A stretch of DNA of 64,000 bases from a candidate division TA06 bacterium B3_TA06 (lineage in GTDB: Bacteria > Hydrothermota > Tepidihabitantia > B3-TA06), in contig NJBO01000003.1 in assembly GCA_005223075.1 (NCBI GenBank), forward strand, positions 81,555-145,554. The letters are read 5' to 3'. Under the pieces are notes generated by a model. It saw only the letters and a list, made by a program, of their open reading frames with translations, had not been told where the DNA came from and did no database searches. Every line of letters starts with the position of its first letter. Within the stretch, counting starts at the first letter, position 1. This document shows positions 1 to 9,448 of the stretch, piece after piece. The position numbers were made by a program, and so were the translations under genes.

Positions 1-645
1 GGGGACGAAAGGGTGCTGGACTTCTCACTGGCAAAGGAAAGACAACCCCGGGCTCAGCTTTCAGGGACCGTAAAGGATACCAAAAGCGGCGAGGCGCTCG
101 AAGGGGTGCTCGTATCATTCGGCAGGACCGATATACCCGAGGTTACTACCGACGCCCTGGGGATCTTCAAGGCTGCGGTTCCACAGGGAGACTACCTTGT
201 TACCTTCTCCAGGGAAGGCTACGCACAGGAAAAGCGTTCGGTCTCCTTGAAGGATGGCGAGGTTAGAGAACTAAATGTGAGCCTTTCACCGTCCGAACCT
301 GCCCGGATGCCTGAGTTCGAAAACGTGCTCTTCAATCCGGGCAGTGCGGTCATCATGCCTGAAAGCTACGCGGTGCTGGAAGAGGTGACCCGCTTCCTTG
401 AAACCTACCCTACGGTTCACATCCAGATAGGGGGACATACCGACAGCGTGGGCGAGGAGGAGGTAAACATGCGGCTCTCCCAGCAGCGTGCCGATGCGGT
501 CAAGGGCTGGCTTGTTGCCAGCGGGATAGATGCCTCGCGCCTCATGGCACGCGGATACGGTGAAACAAGGCCTATCGGTGACAACCGCACCCGAAGCGGT
601 CAGAGGGCAAACCGCCGCATAGAGTTCGTTATCCTTTCAGAGTAG
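1..645 (+). CDS. OmpA-family protein with carboxypeptidase-regulatory-like domain (5' truncated by window edge)
   Basis: Frame open from base 1. OmpA C-terminal motifs IGGHTDSVG, NMRLSQQRADAV, GYGETRP and NRRIEF, preceded by a beta-sandwich repeat (LSGTVKD...GDYLVTFSREGY). Confidence 0.9.
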   Translation, partial: GDERVLDFSLAKERQPRAQLSGTVKDTKSGEALEGVLVSFGRTDIPEVTTDALGIFKAAVPQGDYLVTFSREGYAQEKRSVSLKDGEVRELNVSLSPSEPARMPEFENVLFNPGSAVIMPESYAVLEEVTRFLETYPTVHIQIGGHTDSVGEEEVNMRLSQQRADAVKGWLVASGIDASRLMARGYGETRPIGDNRTRSGQRANRRIEFVILSE

Positions 646-1476
646 AAGCTCTTCGATCTCTTTAAGCTTCTTTTCAGGAACCCCCCTTTGCCTGGCCACA
701 TCAAGCAGCCTGCGGGAAAGCAAGCGATAGAGCCTCTTTTGGGCAGGCAATTTCTCAAGGCCGTTCAAGTTCTTAATGATAGTGTCCTTATCACCCCGAA
801 CAAGAGGGCCGGAGAGTGCATCCTCCAGGGAACCACTCTCAGCAGCGTTGCAGACTGTTTCTAAAGCAAGACGAGTTATTGAACCCCTTCTCTCCTCCTC
901 GCTCAATCCCAAGGATAAGCCTATGTCATCAGAGTACTTGAGCAATCCCACAACCAGGTTTGATGCAAAAATGCACATCGCGTGGTAGAGGGGTTTTTCT
1001 TTTTGAGAGATGATAAACGTTCTTGCACCTGTTCGTTCGAGCACAGGTCGGAAGAAAGCCATCGCTTGCTTGCTTCCCTCAAGGGCGAAGTAGACATCCT
1101 TGAATACGTCTTTTGCCAACTGAGGGTACGGGAAGGTCTGGGCAGGATGCGCTGAGAGGCGAAGAGGGACTTCAAAGACTTCACTCGTAAGGGCCCCGGA
1201 GAAGTGCACCAAAAGGCTCTTTGGATTGATGAAATCCCTCAACTCTTCATACAGCGATGCTATCCTGTCGTCAGGCACGGCAAAGAGAAGGGCAGTCGCC
1301 TCGCTTGCCAAGGAAGGTGCAGGAAACACCGGACACCTTAAGAGATCGGCACCCCTGCGCGCGGCCACAGGATCGGTATCTGATACCCCAACAAAGGTCT
1401 CGCCAGCGTTATATAAAGCCGCCGCCATGCTGAGCCCGATGTTGCCCGCACCATACAGACCAAACCTGAACTCCAT
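637..1476 (-). CDS. Rossmann-like and DUF2520 domain-containing oxidoreductase
   Basis: GAGNIG Rossmann motif, AVPDD, HFSGA, HPAQTF, YHA..FASN and LSGPLVRGD motifs typical of DUF2520 proteins. Confidence 0.85.
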   Translation of the reverse strand: MEFRFGLYGAGNIGLSMAAALYNAGETFVGVSDTDPVAARRGADLLRCPVFPAPSLASEATALLFAVPDDRIASLYEELRDFINPKSLLVHFSGALTSEVFEVPLRLSAHPAQTFPYPQLAKDVFKDVYFALEGSKQAMAFFRPVLERTGARTFIISQKEKPLYHAMCIFASNLVVGLLKYSDDIGLSLGLSEEERRGSITRLALETVCNAAESGSLEDALSGPLVRGDKDTIIKNLNGLEKLPAQKRLYRLLSRRLLDVARQRGVPEKKLKEIEELLL

Positions 1477-1733
1477 ACTAAGAAGTTACGCGCAAGAGCA
1501 GATATGTCAAGTGCAAAACCGGCAATACCCCCGTCTTTCCCCTACGGTGGTTGCGAACTTTCGCCTTGAAGAAGAGGATGAGATAAGGGGTGAGTAGTTC
1601 TCTTCGGCACGATAGACTTCTATAATGGTGAAGGTCAACATCCAGCGTAGCTACTACGAGAGCTAGCACCTCTGGTGTCCTGGCAAACATCTTTTGGCGT
1701 AGGAACACAGGGTTTTCTTACAGACCGAGTGTG

Positions 1734-1762
1734 TTGACCCACACTCAAGCATACGCTATAAT
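1734..1762 (+). promoter_or_regulatory. sigma70-type promoter of pcm, probably leaderless
   Basis: TTGACC-17 nt-TATAAT; ATG 5 nt after the -10 box; no Shine-Dalgarno (SD) sequence. Confidence 0.7.
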
Positions 1763-1767
1763 GGAAG

Positions 1768-2394
1768 ATGCAATCCAACGAACGAGATCTCCAAAGGTTG
1801 ATCCACGCCCTGCGCAGCAAGGGCATAGGAGATGAGAGGATACTCAAAGCGTTCGTGAGCGTACCTCGTCACCTCTTCGTGCCGCCTGGGCTGGAACATA
1901 AAGCCTATACTGACGCAGCCCTTCCCATAGGCGGCTCTCAAACGATCTCCGCCCCATCCACGGTGGCAGCAATGCTTACCGCTCTCCAATTATCTTCTCG
2001 AGACCGCGTGCTTGAGATCGGGACAGGTTCGGGCTTTCAGACGGCGCTCTTGACCAAACTGGTCGCCGAGGTCTACAGCATCGAACGCGACCTTTCTCTA
2101 CTAAAGGAGGTAGGGGAGAGGCTCGTTCGTGCCGGGTGTGGGACAGCACATCTTCGTGCAGGTGACGGGATGCTGGGATGGTCAGAGCATGCCCCTTACG
2201 ACGCAATCATCGTGAGCGCTGGGACCGAGGAGGTGCCGTCTAACCTGGTGGATCAACTCAAGCCGGGCGGCCGGATGGTTATCCCGTTGAAAGGTCGTCT
2301 CAACCTGATAACCAAAACTCGAGGAGGATTGCGCTCACGCGAGCTCTCCGAGTGCCAGTTCGTGCCGCTCCTGCCTGGACACACGGAGAGTTAA
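1768..2394 (+). CDS. pcm: Protein-L-isoaspartate O-methyltransferase
   Basis: VPRHLFVP, AYTDAALPI, QTISAP, VLEIGTGSGFQ, APYDAIIVSA and QLKPGGRMVIP motifs. Confidence 0.95.
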   Translation: MQSNERDLQRLIHALRSKGIGDERILKAFVSVPRHLFVPPGLEHKAYTDAALPIGGSQTISAPSTVAAMLTALQLSSRDRVLEIGTGSGFQTALLTKLVAEVYSIERDLSLLKEVGERLVRAGCGTAHLRAGDGMLGWSEHAPYDAIIVSAGTEEVPSNLVDQLKPGGRMVIPLKGRLNLITKTRGGLRSRELSECQFVPLLPGHTES

Positions 2395-2419
2395 TCATCC
2401 ACCAGCTTACTGGTGAAAA

Positions 2420-2693
2420 CCACCTCAGAATCACCGGCTTCGCGGCTATGATTCGATCCCCCTACATGGACCGATAGAAGTAAAGTCCTGCCGGAATATC
2501 ATCCGTTGCACAGAGAAGTTTGCGGGTGCCAGGTTGAATAGAGCGGCTGTAAACCTCTCGGCCCGAAGCATCGTAGATTTCAACCTGTTCAGAATAAGTT
2601 CTTCTCCCGCACGTTGCCGAACGGGTCCCGGATGGAGTTTACCCAAAGCTCAGCACTTAAGCCGAGAGCAAGAAGTAGTATCAAAATACTCAT
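2420..2693 (-). pseudogene. Remnant of a secreted protein: signal peptide plus T9SS/Por-type C-terminal sorting domain
   Basis: Promoter and AGGAGG precede MSILILLLALGLSA...NLF*. Another frame then reads QVEIYDASGREVYS...IPAGLYFYRSM*GDRIIAAKPVILR. Confidence 0.6.
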
Positions 2694-2816
2694 CTTACGT
2701 AATATATCTCCTCCTTAATGCAAATAGTTCATCCCCCAGGTGGCTATTGTCAAGGGGTTGGGGTATCCAAACATCGCTTGACATTTGAGGCTAAATTATT
2801 AGTATAGTTTATACCT

Positions 2817-4739
2817 ATGACAGGCAAAAGCTCAAGGTCGGTTGACACCAAAGCGAGGGCAAGCAAGAGATCTCACGATTTTTCGGCACTCTCGCGGAGG
2901 ATACTGCAGTTCGCCAACCGCGGCGCGCCTAGGATTGAGTTCCAGCGCGAGGTCTCAAGGATGCTCATCCGCTTCTCCGGATGCGATGCGGTTGAGCTGC
3001 GCATCACCGACGGCAAGCTGCACTACCGGTGGGAAGCCAGGATGGAACCCAATGAGCGCTTTCAGTTCGAGAAACTCCCCTATATACAGGATGAGAAGGG
3101 GCTGGCGCTCCCATGCCTGCCGGATGGTTCAAGCCTGGAACAAACCTGTAAGATACTGTTAGGTGGTAACTTTGACAGCTCCTATCCTTACTTCACCAAA
3201 ACCGGCAGCTTCTGGACTGGCAACCTGAAGGAGGTGCTGAGTTCCCAAACGGGCGAGGAAACCCCTCCTGATCTGGCGTCTACCGGTGATTACTCCTCAC
3301 TCGCCATGATCCCTTTTGTAATAGACGATAACAATAACGGGCTGATTCAATTAAAAAGCAGAGAGAAGAACTTCTTTACCGTTGAAGAGATAGAGTTCTA
3401 CGAGGGCGTTGCCCAGACCATAGGGATAGCAATGGCAGGCCGCAGAGCACAGACCAAACTGCGTGAGCGCGTCAAGGAACTCTACTGCCTTTACGGGATA
3501 GCCCGACTGGTTGAGGAGCCGGGCATATCTCTTGAGAAGATCCTTCAGGGCATAGCCGATTTGTTGCCACCAGCCATGCGATACCCGGATATAGCCTCGG
3601 CTAGGATAATACTGGATGATAAGGATTACTGCTGCCCGCCGGAGTGTCACGAGACCCGCTACCGGCTGGCCGCGGATATCGTAGTCGAGGGAGTGAAACG
3701 AGGCGTGGTGGAGGTGTTCTACTCAGAGGAGAAGCCTGAGCTTGAGGTGGAGCTTTTCATCGCAGAGGAGCAGAGCCTTCTGGATGCTGTGGCCGCTCAG
3801 CTCGTGCTTATAATCGAACGCAGGCAGTGGGAAGCCGAACGGACCAAGCTTGAGGAACAGCTTCGTCACGCGGATCGCCTGGCTACTCTGGGCCAGCTTG
3901 CAGCAGGCGTGGCACACGAGCTTAACGAACCCCTGGAAGGTGTGCTTGGGTTTGCACAGCTTGCCCGCAAATCCGATGGTCTACCCAAGCAGGCAGGAAA
4001 AGATATCGAGAAGATCGAAAACGCAGCACTTCACGCCAGGGAGGTGGTAAGGAAGCTTCTCATATTCGCCCGTCAGATGCCCACCCATAAAACACTCCTC
4101 AACCTTAACCAGGTGGTGGAAGAAGGACTCTACTTCCTTGAGAGCCGCTGCGAAAAGGAGGGGATCGAGGTGGTGCGCGATCTTGCCGAGGGGCTGGCTG
4201 AGATCACCGCCGACCCGTCACAGCTGAACCAGGTGCTTATCAATCTGGTCGTAAATGGACTCCAGGCAATGTCTGGCGGAGGAAGGCTCACCATAAGAAC
4301 AAGAGCAACAGAGAAGAAGGTTATTCTGATCGTGGAGGATACGGGTGTGGGTATGGACGAGGAGGTTCAAAGACAGATATTCCTGCCCTTCTTTACCACA
4401 AAGGAGGTCGGGCAAGGAACCGGTCTTGGGTTGGCCGTGGTTCACGGGATCGTCACCTCACACGGGGGGACGATCGAGGTTGAAAGCAAGGAAGGCAAGG
4501 GATCACGCTTCACCGTAAAACTACCCCTTACCCGTACCCCTTCGGGGCATTCTCACAATTACTCGAAGCATACGCTCCGTTCAAAAGGGAATAACACCCG
4601 TAACACCCGTACCCCTTCGGGGCATTCTCACAATTACTCGGAGCATACGCTCCGTTCAAAAGGAAATAACACCCGTAACACCCGTAACACGCCTACGCGT
4701 CCTGAGGGACGCGATGAAACTAACAAGGAGACCGAATGA
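2817..4739 (+). CDS. Sensor histidine kinase (GAF-like N-terminus, HisKA/HATPase) with repeat-derived C-terminal tail
   Basis: H-box GVAHELNEP, N-box QVLINLVVN, G1 EDTGVGM, F/G2 PFFTTKEVGQGTGLGL; no obvious transmembrane segment. Confidence 0.95.
   Translation: MTGKSSRSVDTKARASKRSHDFSALSRRILQFANRGAPRIEFQREVSRMLIRFSGCDAVELRITDGKLHYRWEARMEPNERFQFEKLPYIQDEKGLALPCLPDGSSLEQTCKILLGGNFDSSYPYFTKTGSFWTGNLKEVLSSQTGEETPPDLASTGDYSSLAMIPFVIDDNNNGLIQLKSREKNFFTVEEIEFYEGVAQTIGIAMAGRRAQTKLRERVKELYCLYGIARLVEEPGISLEKILQGIADLLPPAMRYPDIASARIILDDKDYCCPPECHETRYRLAADIVVEGVKRGVVEVFYSEEKPELEVELFIAEEQSLLDAVAAQLVLIIERRQWEAERTKLEEQLRHADRLATLGQLAAGVAHELNEPLEGVLGFAQLARKSDGLPKQAGKDIEKIENAALHAREVVRKLLIFARQMPTHKTLLNLNQVVEEGLYFLESRCEKEGIEVVRDLAEGLAEITADPSQLNQVLINLVVNGLQAMSGGGRLTIRTRATEKKVILIVEDTGVGMDEEVQRQIFLPFFTTKEVGQGTGLGLAVVHGIVTSHGGTIEVESKEGKGSRFTVKLPLTRTPSGHSHNYSKHTLRSKGNNTRNTRTPSGHSHNYSEHTLRSKGNNTRNTRNTPTRPEGRDETNKETE
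4530..4690 (+). repeat. Two tandem 75-bp repeats plus CCCGTAACA units inside the kinase 3' end
   Basis: Units 4530-4604 and 4605-4679 are nearly identical and encode TRTPSGHSHNYS(K/E)HTLRSKGNNTRN twice. Confidence 0.95.
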
Positions 4740-6073
4740 CGTCACCTGAAAGTGAACGCATCCTGATAGTAGATGACGCTGTTGATACCCTGGAGGTCCT
4801 ACAGCGTAATCTGGCATCACAGGGCTATCAGGTCTTTACCGCGCAAAACGTGCCGGAAGCCTTAAGGTTGCTTGAAGACACCCAGGTTGATCTGGTGATA
4901 ACCGATTTAAAGATGCCCGGGGCAAGTGGCCTGGATCTGGTGCGATACGTGCGGGAGAACCTTGCGGACACCGAGGTGATGATGATTACAGGATATGCCA
5001 CCGTAGAGGGTGCTGTTCAGGCGGTAAAGCAAGGGGCCGAGGAGTATCTTTCAAAGCCCTTTACCGACGAGGAGCTTTTCTTGGCGGTAAGAAAGGCGCT
5101 TGACAAACTACGTATGCGCAGGGCCGCGCAGGTATCCGAGGATATCCCGTCGCCTCATGGGATAATCGGCTCCTCAAAGGTCATGCGCGAGGTCTTCGGC
5201 GCCATCCATAAGGCGGCGTCAACCCCGGCTACGGTGCTCATCACAGGGGAAAGCGGCACTGGCAAGGAGCTTGTGGCCAGGGCTATCCACTACTCAAGCC
5301 CACGTGCCTCACCACCCTTCGTGCCTATCAACTGCGGGGCTATACCGCATGAACTCCTGGAATCGGAACTCTTCGGGTATGTTAAGGGTGCGTTTACCGG
5401 CGCGGCAACGACCAGGGCAGGTTTCTTTCAAACCGCAGACGGCGGCACCATCTTCCTTGACGAGATCAGTGAAACAAGTCCGGCCATGCAGGTTAAGCTC
5501 TTGCGGGTGCTGCAGGACAAGGAGATCTTCATGCTCGGCTCACGAAAATCCGAAAAGGTTGATGTGAGGATTATTGCCGCAACCAATAAAGACCTACAGG
5601 CCCTTGTCAAAAAGCAAAACTTCAGGGAGGACCTTTACTACCGCCTCAACGTCATTACCATTGATCTTCCACCGCTGCGGGAGAGGGATGACGACATACT
5701 CCTGATGCTGCGACATTTTACGGAAAAGTTTGCAGAGGAGCTTGGCAAACCCACACCTAGCTTCTCTGACGAAGCGCTTGAGGTTCTAAAGAACTACCAC
5801 TGGCCCGGTAACGTGCGGGAACTCGAGAACGTAACCCAACGGTTGGTGGTGATGGTGGAGGGGGATACGATAGATGTTAAGGATTTGCCGGCACTTATGC
5901 GCTTTTCTCCAAAGGCTCAGGGATTTGAAAGGACCTTGGCCGAGGTGGAGGCAGAACACATACGCAACGTGTTGGCAAGCGTTAACGGCAACAAAACCAA
6001 AGCAGCAGAGATACTCCAAATCGACCGAAAGACCTTGCGCGAAAAACTCAGGAAGATGGAAGAATCCCAGTAA
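4736..6073 (+). CDS. Sigma-54-dependent response regulator (NtrC/AtoC/ZraR family)
   Basis: Receiver DLKMPG, Walker A GESGTGKE, GAFTGA loop, FLDEI, WPGNVREL, Fis-type HTH; ATGA overlap with the kinase. Confidence 0.96.
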   Translation: MTSPESERILIVDDAVDTLEVLQRNLASQGYQVFTAQNVPEALRLLEDTQVDLVITDLKMPGASGLDLVRYVRENLADTEVMMITGYATVEGAVQAVKQGAEEYLSKPFTDEELFLAVRKALDKLRMRRAAQVSEDIPSPHGIIGSSKVMREVFGAIHKAASTPATVLITGESGTGKELVARAIHYSSPRASPPFVPINCGAIPHELLESELFGYVKGAFTGAATTRAGFFQTADGGTIFLDEISETSPAMQVKLLRVLQDKEIFMLGSRKSEKVDVRIIAATNKDLQALVKKQNFREDLYYRLNVITIDLPPLRERDDDILLMLRHFTEKFAEELGKPTPSFSDEALEVLKNYHWPGNVRELENVTQRLVVMVEGDTIDVKDLPALMRFSPKAQGFERTLAEVEAEHIRNVLASVNGNKTKAAEILQIDRKTLREKLRKMEESQ

Positions 6074-6234
6074 GAAGGTGGGGCGTTTCTCCTCACCGGG
6101 ACACATCTCCCCGCCAATTTTAATCCAGGGGGAGACTGAAGCTGCATCCCAAAGCCCATCCATCCACTTCTAACTATTTAATCTAGCTTGACTTAACTAA
6201 GCCATCCTCATCGTAACTCACATTTAGGCTAGCC

Positions 6235-6250
6235 TGGCACGAATATTGCA
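6235..6250 (+). promoter_or_regulatory. sigma-54 (-24/-12) promoter
   Basis: TGGCAC-gaata-TTGCA matches the consensus. It lies downstream of the enhancer-binding protein gene; a candidate imperfect palindromic activator site GTGGGGCGTTTCTCCTCAC is at ~6078-6096. Confidence 0.88.
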
Positions 6251-6327
6251 AGCTAGGGGGTGAGTCGCTCACAAGGACGGCTCCTGGAAAAGCTCGTGAA
6301 AAGAAATCACACGCAAAGGAGGATTTC

Positions 6328-6630
6328 ATGCAGACATCAACAGTTCAAGAGACCAAAAAGGCTGTTAAGCCGAAGTATCGGGGGCTTTGCTCTACCTGCA
6401 AGAACGCTGCAACCTGCACCTTTCCTCGTGACCCCGCTCGTCCAATAATGCACTGCGACGAGTTCGACGGCTACGAGGGTCCAAAGACTAGGGTAGTCCC
6501 AAGGGTTGCCAAGCCAGAGGCCGCCGACGAGGTGGAGTTCAAAGGACTGTGCCGCAACTGCGAGAACCGTCATCACTGCGTCTTTCCCAAGCCTGCAGGC
6601 GGTGTTTGGCAGTGCGACGAGTATTGTTAG
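6328..6630 (+). CDS. Small Cys-rich protein with two GLCxxCxNxxxCxFP...CDE(F/Y) repeats (putative metal/Fe-S binding)
   Basis: Strong SD (AAGGAGG); internal duplication with 4 Cys per repeat; first gene after the sigma-54 promoter. Confidence 0.8.
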   Translation: MQTSTVQETKKAVKPKYRGLCSTCKNAATCTFPRDPARPIMHCDEFDGYEGPKTRVVPRVAKPEAADEVEFKGLCRNCENRHHCVFPKPAGGVWQCDEYC

Positions 6631-6671
6631 CAGGCTAAAGAGATGACAACCTAAAACCCAAGATTAGAGAT

Positions 6672-7934
6672 ATGAAAAAGGCGAGCGTTTACGATAACGT
6701 AACCAAGCAGTTTAACAAGGCTGCTGATTTGATGCATCTGGATCCTGAGATCCGCAAGGTACTTGCTAGAACCAACAATGAGGTAATCGTCAACTTTCCG
6801 GTTAAGATGGACGACGGCCACATCGAGATGTTCACCGGTTACCGGGTGCAGCACAACAACGTGCTTGGCCCTTACAAAGGGGGGCTGCGTTTTCACCCGG
6901 CGGTAGACATCGACGAGGTTCGCGCCCTTGCCACCTGGATGACATGGAAGTCGGCCATAGTGAACCTCCCGTTCGGTGGAGCAAAAGGCGGCATCCAGAT
7001 CGATCCATTCAAGTACTCGGCAAGCGAGCTTGAGCACATCACCCGCCGATTCACCTTTGCCCTGGGCTCGAACATAGGGCCTGAGTTCGACATCCCGGCA
7101 CCGGACGTAAACACCAACCCTCAGATAATGGCCTGGATCCTGGATACCTACCTCTCCACCATACCTGCCCACGAGCGTCAGGCGGCAGTCCATGTAGTTA
7201 CCGGCAAGCCTGTCGAGTCGGGTGGGAGCATAGGCCGCAACAAGGCTACTGGCCAGGGTGTGGTCTTTACCATCGAGCAGTGGGCCAAAGATACCAACTT
7301 TGATCTTGAGGGTGCGGCATACTTCGTTCAGGGATTCGGGAACGTGGGTTCCTGGGCGTCCCGTCTCCTCAAACCCCACGGTTCAAAGCTCGTTGCTGTC
7401 GAGGATGTAAGCGGGGCTATTGCCAATCCAAAGGGGATCGATCCCGACGACCTTTATGAGTATACGCAGAAGAATAAGGGATTGATTGGCGGCTACGCAA
7501 AGGCCAAACCTATTGATCACGAAACCTTCCTTGCGACCAAGGCCGACATCTTCATCCCGGCGGCTCTTGAGAACCAGATCACACTAAAGACCGCTCCAAT
7601 GCTTAACGTGAAGCTGGTTGCCGAAGGCGCAAACGGTCCCACCAATCCGGACGGTGATAAGATTCTTAATGAAAAGGGAACCGATCTTCTTCCAGACGTC
7701 CTTTGCAACGCGGGCGGCGTGATCGTAAGCTACTTCGAGTGGCTGCAGAACAAACGCAGCGAGTTCTGGGATCTTGAAGAGGTGGATGGAAAACTGCACC
7801 GCAAGATCGTTGCAGGCTACGAACGCGTTCGCGATACGGCTCGAGAGCACAACATAGACTGGCGAACCGCGGCCTACATCGTCGCTCTCTCACGTCTTGA
7901 AACGGTATACAAGGAACGTGGAATCTTCCCATGA
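6672..7934 (+). CDS. gdhA: Glu/Leu/Phe/Val dehydrogenase, glutamate dehydrogenase (catalytic)
   Basis: GPYKGGLRFHP, TWK, GGAKGG, PAPDVNT, GR..ATG, QGFGNVG, EGANGP and SYFEW are all intact. Confidence 0.93.
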   Translation: MKKASVYDNVTKQFNKAADLMHLDPEIRKVLARTNNEVIVNFPVKMDDGHIEMFTGYRVQHNNVLGPYKGGLRFHPAVDIDEVRALATWMTWKSAIVNLPFGGAKGGIQIDPFKYSASELEHITRRFTFALGSNIGPEFDIPAPDVNTNPQIMAWILDTYLSTIPAHERQAAVHVVTGKPVESGGSIGRNKATGQGVVFTIEQWAKDTNFDLEGAAYFVQGFGNVGSWASRLLKPHGSKLVAVEDVSGAIANPKGIDPDDLYEYTQKNKGLIGGYAKAKPIDHETFLATKADIFIPAALENQITLKTAPMLNVKLVAEGANGPTNPDGDKILNEKGTDLLPDVLCNAGGVIVSYFEWLQNKRSEFWDLEEVDGKLHRKIVAGYERVRDTAREHNIDWRTAAYIVALSRLETVYKERGIFP

Positions 7935-7939
7935 GCAGC

Positions 7940-7994
7940 CCCGTAACACCCGTAACACCCGTAACACCCGTAATACACGTAACACACGGTAACA
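7940..7994 (+). repeat. Tandem 9-mer CCCGTAACA array between the gdh genes
   Basis: Three perfect and about three degenerate units. Confidence 0.9.
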
Positions 7995-8008
7995 GCAAAC
8001 CGTAAGGA

Positions 8009-9277
8009 GTGATGATGAAGAAGGAAACCGGTTTCTACGGCGACGTTCTTGAGGGGCTCCATAATGCCGCGGATTTGATGAAGCTAGACTGTGAGGTTCT
8101 CAAAATCCTTACCAAGACTACCAACGAGATTACCGTCAACTTCCCGGTAAAGATGTCAAACGGTCTGGTGGAGATGTTCACTGGCTATCGTGTGCAGCAC
8201 AACAACGTGATGGGTCCCTACTCGGGCGGACTTCGCTTTCATCCCTGGGTTGATCTGGGAGAGATGCGCGCGCTTGCTACTGTGATGACGTGTAAGGCGG
8301 CTATCGCCGGTATCCCATTCGGCGGGGCTGCAGGCGGGATCCAGTTCAACCCCTCTGACTACAACTCCTCTGATGTGGAACGAATCACCCGCCGCTTTAC
8401 CTACTCACTTGGCTCGAACATCGGAGCGGAGTACGACATACTCACCTCGGACGTGAACACAAACCCCCAAACTATGGCCTGGATACTGGATACCTACCTC
8501 TCTACCATGCCTCCGGAAAAAAGGCAGGCCAAAACACACGTGGTCACCGGCAAACCCATCCACCTGGGCGGCAGCGTCGGACACGACAAAGCAGCGGGCC
8601 AGGGGCTTGTCTTTGCCATCGAGGAATGGGCAGCTGGTCACCGTTTCGATCTTGAGGGTGCTGCCTACACGGTTCAAGGATTCGGAAGTGTAGGTGTTTG
8701 GACCTCCATCTTGCTCAATCAAAAAGGAGCAAAACTCGTTGCCGTTGAGGATACCTCTGGGCCCATCCTTAACCCGGATGGAATTGATCCTGAAGACCTT
8801 TTCGCCTACGACAAGGAGAACGGACGCATAGCAGGCTACCCCAATGCAAAACCGATAGATCACGAGGCCTTCCTTGCTACAAAAGCCGATATATTCATCC
8901 CAGCCGCGTTGGAGTATCAGATCACCGCCCAGACCGCACCCAAGCTCAACGTCAAGTTGGTGGTCGAGGGAGCCGACTGCCCCTGCGATCGAGATGGCTC
9001 AAAGATCTTGAAGGAGAGGGGAATTGAGGTGCTCCCAGACATCCTGTGCAACTCCGGCGGCGTGATCGTGAGCTACTTCGAGTGGCTGCAGAACAAACGA
9101 AGCGAGCTGTGGGAACTTGAAGAGGTAGACCGCAAACTGCAGAACAAGATGAAGGACGCTTACCACCGGGTGCGCGACCGAGCAGCGGAGTTCAATACCG
9201 ACTGGTGCACCGCCGCACGCATCGAGGCACTTACCAGACTGGAGAGAATCTACAAGAGACGAGGTATCTTCCCGTAA
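8009..9277 (+). CDS. Glutamate dehydrogenase paralogue with substituted catalytic residues (probable regulatory subunit)
   Basis: Colinear with the upstream GDH but reads GPYSGG, GGAAGG, LTSDVNT, GHDKAAG and EGADCP. Confidence 0.88.
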   Translation: MMMKKETGFYGDVLEGLHNAADLMKLDCEVLKILTKTTNEITVNFPVKMSNGLVEMFTGYRVQHNNVMGPYSGGLRFHPWVDLGEMRALATVMTCKAAIAGIPFGGAAGGIQFNPSDYNSSDVERITRRFTYSLGSNIGAEYDILTSDVNTNPQTMAWILDTYLSTMPPEKRQAKTHVVTGKPIHLGGSVGHDKAAGQGLVFAIEEWAAGHRFDLEGAAYTVQGFGSVGVWTSILLNQKGAKLVAVEDTSGPILNPDGIDPEDLFAYDKENGRIAGYPNAKPIDHEAFLATKADIFIPAALEYQITAQTAPKLNVKLVVEGADCPCDRDGSKILKERGIEVLPDILCNSGGVIVSYFEWLQNKRSELWELEEVDRKLQNKMKDAYHRVRDRAAEFNTDWCTAARIEALTRLERIYKRRGIFP

Positions 9278-9301
9278 CCCGTAACACCGTAACCCGTAAC
9301 A
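9271..9301 (+). repeat. CCCGTAA(CA) tandem units overlapping the stop codon of the second GDH
   Basis: cccgtaa cccgtaaca ccgtaa cccgtaaca. Confidence 0.85.
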
Positions 9302-9448
9302 CGGGCATAAATTTCCCCTAGAAGGGGTTCAGCTCAAACCAGGTCGGGGCCTGAGCCCCGGCCTTTCTCTACACGTAGGTCTTTGTGAATAATACCGAGC
9401 GGATGAGCCTCAGAGGGTCGGGTGTCTGCCCTCAGACCGGGATTTATA

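Noticed and set aside
4530..4690. CRISPR array
   Set aside because: The units are adjacent near-identical 75-mers without unique spacers, and no cas genes are present.
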